A stretch of 64,000 nt of DNA from Macrostomum lignano (Eukaryota): positions 1 to 64,000 of the forward strand of contig NIVC01002741.1 in assembly GCA_002269645.1 (NCBI GenBank), read 5' to 3'. Position numbers and translations under genes: made by a program. A model generated the notes under the pieces. It worked only from the letters and a program-made list of their open reading frames with translations, did no database searches and had not been told where the DNA came from. Shown piece after piece: positions 11,500 to 23,046 of this stretch (positions are counted from its first letter, which is position 1; every line of letters begins with the position of its first letter).

Positions 11500-12541
11500 T
11501 GGCGATCTGTATTCATGGGGATTCGGGATCTGTGTTCATGGGGATTTGGGATCTGTGTTCATGGGGATTTGGGATCTGTGTTCATGGGGATTTGGGATCT
11601 GTGTTCATGGGGATTTGGGATCTGAATTCATGGGGATTTGGGATCTGTACTCATGGGGATTTGGGATCTGTGTTCATGGGGATTTGGGATCTGTGTTCAT
11701 GGGGATTTGGGATCTGTGTTCATGGGGATTTGGGATCTGAATTCATGGGGATTCGGGATCTGTACTTATGGGGATTTGGGATCTGTACTCATGGGGATTT
11801 GGGATCTGTACTCATGGGGATTTTGGATCTGTGTTCATGGGGATTTGGGATCTGAATTCATGGGGATTTGGGATCTGTACTCATGGGGATTTGGGATCTG
11901 TACTCATGGGGATTTGGGATCTGTACTCATGGGGATTTGGGATCTGTGTTCATGGGGATTCGGGATCTGTGTTCATGGGGATTCGAGATCTGTGTTCATG
12001 GGGATTTTGGATCTGTGTTCATGGGGATTTGGGATCTGTATTCTTGGGGATTTGGGATCTGTATTCATGAGGATTTGGGATCTGTGTTCATGGGGATTTG
12101 GGATCTGTGTTCATGGGGATTTGGGATCTGTGTTCATGGGGATTTGGGATCTGTATTCTTGGGGATTTGGGATCTGTACTCATGGGGATTTGGGATCTGT
12201 GTTCATGGGGATTTGGGATCTGTATTCATGAGGATTTGAGATCTGTATTCATGAGGATTTGGGATCTGTGTTCATGGGGATTTGGGATCTGTATTCATGA
12301 GGATTTGGGATCTGTGTTCATGGGGATTTGGGATCTGTGTTCATGGGGATTTGGGATCTGTGTTCATGGGGATTTGGGATCTGTATTCTTGGGGATTTGG
12401 GATCTGTACTCATGGGGATTTGGGATCTGTGTTCATGGGGATTTGGGATCTGTATTCATGAGGATTTGAGATCTGTATTCATGAGGATTTGGGATCTGTA
12501 TTCATGAGGATTTGGGATCTGTGTTCATGAGGATTTGAGAT
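11500..12541. repeat. 23-bp minisatellite, left part
   Basis: Unit catggggatttgggatctgtgtt; resumes at 15175 after the inserted element. Confidence 0.95.
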
Positions 12542-15174
12542 CCCGACCGAAAATATTTGTCCTTTCAAAAACAGTAAGTGTGCCAGTTGTGCCACAAATA
12601 TGCCCTTTGACAGAGTTATAAATGTCTTTGTATGTCATATTTGGCACACTTGATACAATTGTACCAATTGTGCCGTAGCTATGCCATTTGGCACAGTTTG
12701 TAAATGTCGATGTATGTCCTATTTGGCACACTTGACACAAATAGTATTTTTACTGCTAATTGGCCAATGAAACCAATTGGCACACTTGGCACACTTGCTA
12801 CAATTGTTCCAGTTGTGCCACAGCTATACCATTTAGCACAGTTATAAATGTCTTTGTATGTTCTATTTGGCACACCTGGCACAAATAACCTTTTTATAGC
12901 TAATTCCCCTTGGAAACCATTTGGCACACTTGGCGCACTTACTACAAGTGTACCAGTTGTGCCACAGCTATACTATTTGACACAGTTATATAACTGTCTT
13001 GGACTGTCCTTCTTGGCACACTTGGCACGAATATCCTTTTTATAGCTAATTGGTTATTAAAACAGACTGGCACACTTGGCACACTTGCTACAATTGTACC
13101 AGTTGTGCCACAGCTATGACATTTGGCACAGTTATATGTCTTTGTCCTTCTTGGCACACTTGGCTCAAATAACCTTTTTTATTGCTAATTACCTAACAAA
13201 ACTGTTCGACGCACACCCGGTGCAACTTGCACTGAGGCTGCGACGTCAGTAGCTTCGATTTTGGCAGATGACCGGCAGGTTTTCACTCCCAACTTGCGGC
13301 ATGATCTGCTCAGACGCTCGAAAATGGCGCAACCGCGTTTGATTGACGCCATTACAAAAGAACTAAAGCAGCAGATCACGCAGCATCTCGCCGTCCATCT
13401 AGATCAGCTCGTGGACCCAGCCGTCACAGTTGACAACATGCTGGTCGACGACAATGGAAAGAAATTATACTACGGTAAGAAATTAATAGTCCTTCATTTA
13501 TGATCGCGCAAATATCCTATTGTTACTCTCAAACGCTCTTCAATCCTTAAAAAACACCTCTGCAGCCAATCGGTTTCGCCTTTACGTCCAACGTCGCTTG
13601 GACCAGGGTCACGGCCAGTAAGGATATATCAAGAACCAACGACTCCGGCCAACCTCAATGCACTTCTCCGCAAGATGGTGCGGGGTGCTTCAGCGACGAC
13701 GAGATTTTGGTAACGTCGTTGAGCGGTCGCGCTACTGAGCCTGGTCGGCCACGCCTGCTACCTGGCTGGAATCGACATCCCAACCAATGAAAGCGATTGA
13801 AAAGGCCTACGTCCGATGCTCCATCACCGTCAGTCGGCGTGAAAAGCAATCCGGACGTTTGCCTGTAAAGAAACTTCGTCAAGGTGCGGCTGCCAATGTC
13901 ACTGACACTGTGCAGTCGGAGGCGGCTAATGCACTCGCGAGGACTGAGCGCGGGATATCTGCTGTTGCATCTAGCAAAACTAAACTTGTTTGGCAGATGC
14001 GGGACCCGTCTAGCTTGGTCTGTCTCCCTCATGTTTCTGGTTTTGTTTTCCCCTGGAAATATGCTCTTTCCCACATAAAGTAACCAACTACATTACTATA
14101 GTTAGTGCCAGACTCGTAAATTACAATAGCACCAGGAATCAGACTTGTTGTCTAACTAGAAAAGTATAGGGGAACAGAGGTATTGGAGTTGGTTTCACTA
14201 ATTGCTTGTTTTTTTATCTAGTTGTTTGTTTGTGCTTTTTAAATTAGTGTATACATTAGATGTATACATGTTGTTACATTAAAATCCTGTGCCACGTGTA
14301 GTCGACTCAGTAGTTAATTTGTTACATTGCATGTTTTAATTTCAAATGTATTAGAAGTGTAAACTCTTTGACTGGCACCACAATTTTCATGCACCGCGCT
14401 TTTTAATTACGTTGTTTTGTTTCCTGTCCAATGTCCGCTGTCTGTTATGTTTCTTTCCGTTAACTTCTAGTATGCATTTTTTAATTCCGCAGCCTCCCCT
14501 TTTTCCTGTTTTATACATGTTTTTTTGTCCTATTTGCTACTTCTCATTAAATATATACGTATTTATGCAACATCCCTTTTTCCAACTGTTTTAATCTGTT
14601 TATGTTCGCGCTCAACATTATTTTAAAGTTTAATTTACATTGACAACTCTTTTCAATTTGTCTTCCCTCATTTAAACATGAGAAGGACCTCTCGCAAATC
14701 TTAGCTACTTCATACACTTCATAACTCGTAGTTGACTAACGGGTCAACTATAACAGCATCAGATAGCATATTATGCGCTTAGTTCAACTGCTTTAAACTG
14801 CAATTCACTCGTCTGGAGAATTTACGCCAAATGGCACAGTACGCGCTAGTTTAACTGCTTCTAGCTGCACATTTACTCGTATGGTGCCAAATGGTACATT
14901 TATGGCACAGTTGTGCACAATTATAAGCATTCAAAAATGGCTCAGACAACTGGCACAGTTGTGGCACAGCAGTGCACAATTAAAAATTTGATTCTTAATT
15001 GTGTCACATGTGCCAATTGGCACAGCTTGGCACAGTTATATTTGTGCCAAGCTGTGCCACCAATTGTCGATTCTCACAAATTTCGTGTCGTTTCGACAGT
15101 TATTTTGGGATTCCCCCTAATTCATTTTTTATGTGCTATTTGACGCATTTAAAGAACAATTATTTCCGGTCGGG
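12542..15174 (+). mobile_element. EnSpm/CACTA-like (CCC...GGG) non-autonomous DNA transposon, 2633 bp
   Basis: TIR cccgaccgaaaata / tatttccggtcggg, 1 mismatch. 2-bp TSD AT at 12540-12541 and 15175-15176. ~145-bp subterminal tandem units rich in tggcaca/tgtgcca at 12580-13190, with related motifs at 14820-15060. It splits the 23-bp satellite. Confidence 0.85.
13261..14083 (+). pseudogene. Degenerate spliced ORF with a BEN-domain-like segment, inside the transposon
   Basis: Exon-like 13261-~13474 ending at a GTAAG donor. After a CTGCAG acceptor (~13566) there are frameshifted pieces NALLRKMVRG / FSDDEILVTSLSGRATEPG / GID..NQMKAIEK, resembling the BEN pattern (LFS.EEL...SL.G...LDP...AI). Recalled motif only. 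Confidence 0.5.
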
Positions 15175-15390
15175 ATCTGTATTCATGGGGATTTGGGATC
15201 TGTATTCATGAGGATTTGAGATCTGTATTCATGAGGATTTGGGATCTGTATTCATGAGGATTTGAGATCTGTATTCATGGGGATTTGGGATCTGTATTCA
15301 TGAGGATTTGAGATCTGTATTCATGAGGATTTGGGATCTGTATTCATGAGGATTTGGGATCTGTACTCATGAATTCATGGGGATTTGGGG
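15175..15390. repeat. 23-bp minisatellite, right part
   Basis: Same unit family (catgaggatttgggatctgtatt) as the 3' end of 11500-12541. Confidence 0.93.
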
Positions 15391-15774
15391 CTTAAATCTC
15401 TTTAAAATTCGAATACTTGATTCGTTTTATAGTCGACCAATGCAGGCAAACTGTAAATACTACTTATTTAGCCTCGACTTATAAGTAGTTTGACGTGAAA
15501 GTAGCTGCCAGTTTATTTTTTCCGTTGCTCTTTCCGATATTTAATGCACGAGATGCTTTGCAACCAGTTATTGTAAGCGATGTACAGTTGGCTCACAACA
15601 GTGAATCATCGGCGCTTTAACAATATTTGAAGTTGCTTTCTCAGGCAGCTCTTTGCGTACTCAAATAAATTGTATCTGCTGTCTTGCTCTAACTTTAACG
15701 TGGCTGTCTATAAATGTGTATAAGTTTTGATAATCTTTCAGACTTTATCCTTTTCTGATTTGTTTAGAATACAA

Positions 15775-16615
15775 CCCTGCACTCCCTGCACTCCCTGCAT
15801 CCCTGCACTCCCTGCATCCCTGCACTCCCTGCATCCCTGCACTCCCTGCATCCCTGCACTCCCTGCACTCCCTGCATCCCTGCAACCCTGCACTCCCTGC
15901 ATCCCTGCACTCCCTGCATCCCTGCACTCCCTGCATCCCTGCACTCCCTGCATCCCTGCACTCCCTGCATCCCTGCACTCCCTGCATCCCTGCACTCCCT
16001 GCATCCCTGCACTCCCTGCATCCCTGCACTCCCTGCATCCCTGCACTCCCTGCATCCCTGCACTCCCTGCATCCCTGCACTCCCTGCAACCCTGCACTCC
16101 CTGCAACCCTGCACTCCCTGCAACCCTGCACTCCCTGCATCCCTGCACTCCCTGCAACCCTGCACTCCCTACAACCCTGCACTCCCTGCAACCCTGCACT
16201 CCCTGCAACCCTGCACTCCCTGCAACCCTGCACTCCCTGCATCCCTGCACTCCCTGCATCCCTGCACTCCCTGCACTCCCTGCATCCCTGCACTCCCTGC
16301 ATCCCTGCACTCCCTGCAACCCTGCACTCCCTGCAACCCTGCACTCCCTGCAACCCTGCACTCCCTGCATCCCTGCACTCCCTGCAACCCTGCACTCCCT
16401 ACAACCCTGCACTCCCTGCAACCCTGCACTCCCTGCAACCCTGTACTCCCTGCAACCCTGCACTCCCTGCATCCCTGCACTCCCTGCATCCCTGCACTCC
16501 CTGCACTCCCTGCATCCCTGCACTCCCTGCAACCCTGCACTCCCTGCAACCCTGCACTCCCTGCAACCCTGCACTCCCTACAACCCTGCACTCCCTGCAA
16601 CCCTGCACTCCCTAC
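15775..16615. repeat. 8/9-bp tandem repeat (ccctgcact / ccctgcat / ccctgcaa)
   Basis: Read directly; explains the PCTPCIPAL and QGCRECR ORFs. Confidence 0.95.
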
Positions 16616-17082
16616 AACGTGCACTCTTCACACGCCTAAAATCTACAATTCTCTAAGCTCGTCAGTCCCGCTACCGAATATTGACTCCCGCAGCAGCAAC
16701 AGCAGCACTGAATAACCCTTCGTGCTTTTGCTCCGGCCCCCAAAAGGGCACCGGCAGAGTTGGTGGGTAAATAAACAAGCGGCCGCTGCTGTGGGCCGCT
16801 ATATCCGATTTCTTAATCCTCTTATCAACAGGCAGCAAAAGTGCGCTGGCAGCTTTTATCCCGATGGGCAGTTCGAGGACTGGAAGTTGGAACTGCATTC
16901 GATTGTCGCCACTGCACTGATTTCTGTTGAGAGATCGGCTTCCTGAAGTCCTTTGGTCAGGCGACTTAGGGGGGGGGGGGTTGTCCATTTCGAATTCGGA
17001 CTCGAACTGCGGTGTTTGCCTCTGCCACCCTGATCTGATCACTGGCTTCTCCGGCTCTGCCTGCACTGCTTCTGTGCTCTGA

Positions 17083-17616
<534 letters not shown>

Positions 17617-18300
17617 CCTAATTTAAATCAAAAGTCAATTTGTCAACCAAATCTCTATCCAAAATCTCAGTTCATCTGAGTTCAGCTCCCTGTGCATCTC
17701 CTCCGCAAAGTGCTTCAGTCACAGACTTGAAAACGCCCGAAGTTGGCCGCAGTGTTCAGCACTGATAAACCCGAGATGACTGGGGGTGGGGGGTGGGGGT
17801 GCTGGCACACTGCAGCTGCTGGGCCCTCGCTGCATTCAGGCCGGTGTTTGCGGCGCCTCCGCCGGCTCCTCCTTCCCCGCCGCGACCCCCTGCCGGGTGC
17901 CATAAATCAGGCCCCGCATGTCAGCCAGTTCCTTGGTTGCAGCAAGTTGCCGCAGCCAATTATCGGGACTGCGTCTGACGACATCTGCAGATTCTGGGCT
18001 GGAAGGTTCAAGAAGGCAAGAAATTATACAGACACTGACAGATACTGGCTCGCTGGGATCTGCCTTGGCTGTTTGTGTGTTCTGCTGCTTCTGTTGCGGT
18101 TACCGCCGCTAATTGTGCTGCTGCTGCTGCTGCTGCTGCTGCCTCCCTGACCCCTGGTTCGATTCCGCGTACGCGGCCACAATAATTTGGGGCTTGTTCG
18201 AGAAAATTGGCCAGTGGGTTGTTGTTGTGCAATTCACCAGCCACAGAGGCACAAGAGAGTGAGCATGCCTGATGATTAGAAGGTTTATTAGGGCCGTTGT

Positions 18301-18710
<410 letters not shown>

Positions 18711-19435
18711 CTTTCATTGCTTCAAATATAGTATTCTCTAAGCTTGGCCGCACTTGGCGGGGCTCTTTAGGAACGCATTCGCGGGCATCTGATTCAGTTT
18801 GACAAGTTGTGACCCTCACGCGCTTGCTGACAGCCTGTCAGTCTGGAGCAGTACTTGCTATGCAGTGTTTGATTTACTAACCGCCTACTCAGCCTCTTCT
18901 CAAAGCTCCATAATGCATCTGCGCTTGTAGTTGCAGATTCTCAGCTGTAGACAAAAAGCAAAGTATTGAGCAGTTCATGAGAAACCAGCAGCCACTTGAA
19001 TAGCACTCGAGAAATTTACCTTGCCGAGCTGAAACCTGCCGCAGGTGACCTGTAATTTAGTGTCGACCGCCACCTCACGCCAGTTCCTTCACCCACGCAG
19101 CTCGCCGGCCAGTACAGATAAAACTGTAAACTCAGAGGCGAAGGTATCAGCAAAATTACAGACAATATTTTCAATTTCGCTACGCACTTTCAGCATCTGA
19201 GCACTGATGCCGGCCGCACAGCAGCCAAAGCCAACCAGCCAGTGAGTGTTCTTGGGCTCCTTTAAGCAGGTTATAACAGTCTGATAGAAACTCTCCAAAG
19301 CACCCCTGTACCAGCTCAAGTTCGGAAGGCATACACAGGGAAGATGGATAAATCAAGGTCAAATTTGCAGCTTCCAGCCTCGGCCAGATGCTATTAAATT
19401 GTGTTTTTGTATCTTGCCCATCCCGCTGACTCCTC

Positions 19436-19698
19436 AGCACTCATGCTCATGCAGGGTGTACAGGGGCACTCATGCTCATGCAGGGTGTACAGTGGCACTC
19501 ATGCTCATGCAGGGTGTACAGGGGCACTCATGCTCATGCAGGGTGTACAGGGGCACTCATGCTCATGCAGGGTGTACAGGGGCACTCATGCTCATGCAGG
19601 GTGTACAGTGGCACTCATGCTCATGCAGGGTGTACAGTGGCACTCATGCTCATGCAGGGTGTACAGTGGCACTCATGCTCATGCAGGGTGTACAGTGG
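19436..19698. repeat. 29-bp tandem repeat, ~9 copies
   Basis: Unit gcactcatgctcatgcagggtgtacag(g/t)g; its last unit runs straight into a minus-strand copy of the structured dispersed repeat. Confidence 0.93.
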
Positions 19699-19901
19699 GC
19701 CTGACTTTCTAATGGTCAGGCACTTTCTGTGCCTTGTGGGTTGGCCCTCATGGCTGTGAACTGACCCCCCCCCCCAAGACACTGTCCGTACACAAAGCCT
19801 GTGAGGAATCGAACCCCTAGATCTCTGGCGCAAAATTCGGACGCTCGTGCCGCAATCGGCCCCAAAAGTGACATTCTGAAATCTTAAAACTCCTCCACCA
19901 G

Positions 19902-21643
19902 GAAGCCTCCAGCGGCAGCCGCCAAGGCAGCCGCCTCGGCAGCTGAGAGGCTCCGCAGACGACGCCAGCTCGCCCCGTTCGTCGCCGCCTGCGTGACGTC
20001 ATCAGCCATCGGCCTGTCGCTGAACCTGGCGGCCCTCAATCTGCCGAGCTGGTGGCTGCTGGTGGCGAACGGCACCTCGGGGGCATCGATGCGCGGCATC
20101 TTGACCGGCTGCGACTCGAACTCGCGCTGTCAGCCGCTCGATTTCGGACAGTCAACGATGCTGGATTCTTCATCAACATTTCAACGCCAGTGGCGTCTCG
20201 CCGTGCTGGCGCTGCACCTTGGCGCCGCCGTGATGCACCTCCTGGCTGCCTGCGTCACCGCCGTGGCGCTGTTCGCCTCCGGCCAGGCCGCCCGCCGCAG
20301 GTTCCTCGGGGTCGCCCAGGCTGCCGCATTCGTCGCCTTCGCCTGCCAGGCCGCCGCGTTTCTGGCCTGCCAGGTCAGCGACTGACCCCATAGACCCCGG
20401 CTGACCCCACTGACCCCGGCTGACCCCACTGACCCCACTGACCCCACTGACCCCGGCTGACCTTGACGGACCCCCCACTGATCTGATTGACCCCGGCTGA
20501 TCCCACTGACCCAGGCTGACCTCGACGGACCCCCCGACTGACCCTGATTGACCCCGGCTGACCTTAACGGACCCCTTGACTGACCCTGATTGACCCCGGC
20601 TGACCCCACTGACCCAGACTGACCTCGACGGACCCCCCGACTGACCCTGATTGACCCCGGCTGACCTTGACGGACCCCTTGACTGACCCTGATTGACCCC
20701 GGCTGATTCCACTCACCCCGAAAGACTTCCGGCCGATCCTCACTGGCCCCGGCTGATCCACTGACCCCATTTCTGACCCAAAATGACCCCTCCTAATTCC
20801 CACTGACCCAGACTGACAGCAGCTGACACAGATAACTGCCACCGTCACTCGCAGATGTCAGCCACTCTTGATTGGCTGTCCGATTCAACGATGACGTCAT
20901 CGTCCATGGAGCCGGGGCTGGCGCACTGGCTGGGCCTGTCCGGCTGCCTGGCGGCCTGGCTGGCGGCCGGACTGCAGCTGCTGCTGGCCTGGGCGGCTCG
21001 GCCGCCAGAGGAAGCGACAGCGGCTCCCGAAGCGGCGCCACCGGAAGTCGCTCCTTCCGGAGTGACGCTCAAGGTGGCACCGGGAGCGGCACCGGAAGTG
21101 GCACCGGGAGCGGCACTGGGAGCGGCACCGGGAGCGGCACTGGGAGCGGCACCGGGAGTGGCCCGGGGAGCGGCACCGGGAGCGGCACTGGGAGCGGCAC
21201 CGGGAGCGGCACCAAAATCGACAGCGGCCCCGGCGGTCGGCCCGCCAGCTGTCAGAGCGGCGCCAGGCGTGCCGACAACCGGCCTGGCACCGGGACTGAT
21301 GATGCAGGGCCTTGTGCCGGTGTTCATTCCCGTGTCGACGCCGCTGTTTATGATGGTCGGCGGCGGTGTCGGCGGTGGCGGCGGCGTTCCGATGCCCGGC
21401 CTGCTGCCTGGCACCTTGCCAACTGGATTGGCACCGGGAATGGCACCAGGAATGGCACCGGGAATGGCACCAGGAATGGCACCGGGAATGGCAGGTCCGG
21501 GCGAGCAGCGGTTCCGCTCCGCCGTCGAGCTGCACAGCGGAGCAGCGGCGGCATCAACAGCCGCCGAGGCCGGTTCGCCTCGTCAGTCGGTGGATGACAG
21601 TCTGGCGTCCACTCGCAGGCTCGTCCGTCAGCGCATTGATTGA
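19902..21643 (+). CDS. Claudin/PMP22-like four-TM membrane protein with a Pro/Ala/Gly-repeat C-terminal tail; start codon not located
   Basis: Exon ~19902-20373 (TM1 QLAPFVAACVTSSAIGLSLNLAAL, then WW...GILTGCDSNSRC, TM2 and TM3). Donor CAG|GTCAGC joins in phase 0 to exon 20855-21643 (TM4 LAHWLGLSGCLAAWLAAGLQLLLAWAA, then APGAA and APGM repeats). W...G-x-x..C..C in the first loop resembles the claudin-superfamily motif. Confidence 0.65.
20382..20815. repeat. Intronic ctgacccc repeat
   Basis: Variable 8-10-bp units ctgacccc(a/gg); source of the antisense GVSRGQSG ORFs. Confidence 0.9.
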
Positions 21644-21831
21644 AACTTTGCAAGAGGATTGTTGCAGACACTGGGGGGAGGACGCAGCTCTAGTCTTGAT
21701 CCGGCAAACGTTGGGGACAATTCAATGCTAATAAATTATGCTCTTGGTTATCGCTTGCAACTTCGAAATTAGTTAAATTCGAAATTTGGAAACTCATTCA
21801 ATAACCAGACAGCCGGAAAACAGGAAAATCT

Positions 21832-22730
21832 GTCAGAGTCAAATGATCAGATAGTGAGAGAGTCAGATAGTGAGAGAGTCAGATAGTGAGAGAGTCAGAT
21901 AGTGAGAGAGTAAGATAGTGAGAGAGTAAGATAGTGAGAGAGTAAGATAGTGAGAGAGTCAGATAGTGAGAGAGTAAGATAGTGAGAGAGTAAGATAGTG
22001 AGAGAGTAAGATAGTGAGAGAGTCAGATAGTGAGAGAGTAAGATAGTGAGAGAGTCAGATAGTGAGAGAGTCAGAGAATCAGAGAGTCAGAGAATCAGAG
22101 AGTCAGAGAATCAGAAAATCAGAGAATCAGAGAGTCAGAGAGTCAGAGAATCAGAGAGTCAGAGAATCAGAGAGTCAGAGAGTCAGAGAATCAGACAGTC
22201 AGAGAGTCAGAGAGTCAGAGAATCAGATAATCAGATAATCAGACAGTCAGAGAGTCAGAGAGTCAGAGAGTCAGAGAATCAGAGTCAGAGAATCAGAGAA
22301 TCGGAGTCAGAGAATCAGACAGTCAGAGAGTCAGAGAATCAGACAGTCAGAGAGTCAGAGAATCAGACAGTCAGAGAGTCAGAGAATCAGAGAGTCAAAG
22401 GGCCAGAGAATCAGAGAGTCAGAGTCAGAGAATCAGAGAATCAGAGTCAGAGAATCAGAGAATCAGAGTCAGAGAATCAGAATCAGAGAATCATAGAGCC
22501 CGAGAGTCAGATAGTGAGAGAATCAAAGAATCAGAGTCAGAGAATCAGACAGTCAGAGAGTCAGAGAATCAGAGAGTAAGATAGTGAGAGAGTGAGAGAG
22601 TCAGAGAATCAGAGTCAGAGAATCAGAGAATCAGAGTCAGAGAATCAGAGAATCAGAGTCAGAGAATCAGAGAGTCAGAGAGTCAGAGAATCAGACAGTC
22701 AGAGAGTCAGAGAATCAGAGAGTCAGAGGG
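21832..22730. repeat. Purine-rich tandem repeat (agatagtgagagagt[c/a], then agagtcag/agaatcag)
   Basis: Read directly; explains the RESESQR ORF. Confidence 0.93.
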
Positions 22731-23046
22731 CAGTCCCTGCCTGAAGCCAGTGTCCTGAACTCGAGTCCGTCCATTCTTTTTCTTATCCTCTTGACCGTCC
22801 ATTTCCTGCGCTGCTTTCAGAAGAAACTCTCCAATTTCTCGCTGTCCCCCGCGCACTGCCTGGAATAAAGCAAAGCCTGCGGTGCTGCATTGCGCAACCC
22901 CGGCGGCCACAAGCCGCTGTCAGCGACAAGTGGCTGCACCGGGGGGGATGGAGGTAATTAGCAGCAGGTTGATGGGGAACTGATTCCTAATGGCGGGAGG
23001 ATGGGGCGTGGAGGATTCTGGGCCAATCCGGTGTGGGCTTCTGCAG

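Noticed and set aside
15727-16656. Long ORFs in tandem repeats (also 2808-3447, 11360-12469, 18430-18819, 22046-22579, 56065-56409, 57625-59853)
   Set aside because: They are open only because the repeat units lack stops; they are open in several frames and on both strands.
20845-21671. Overlapping alternative-frame and minus-strand ORFs over the APG repeats
   Set aside because: These are products of a GC-rich repeat; only the 20855-21643 frame splices in phase and supplies TM4.
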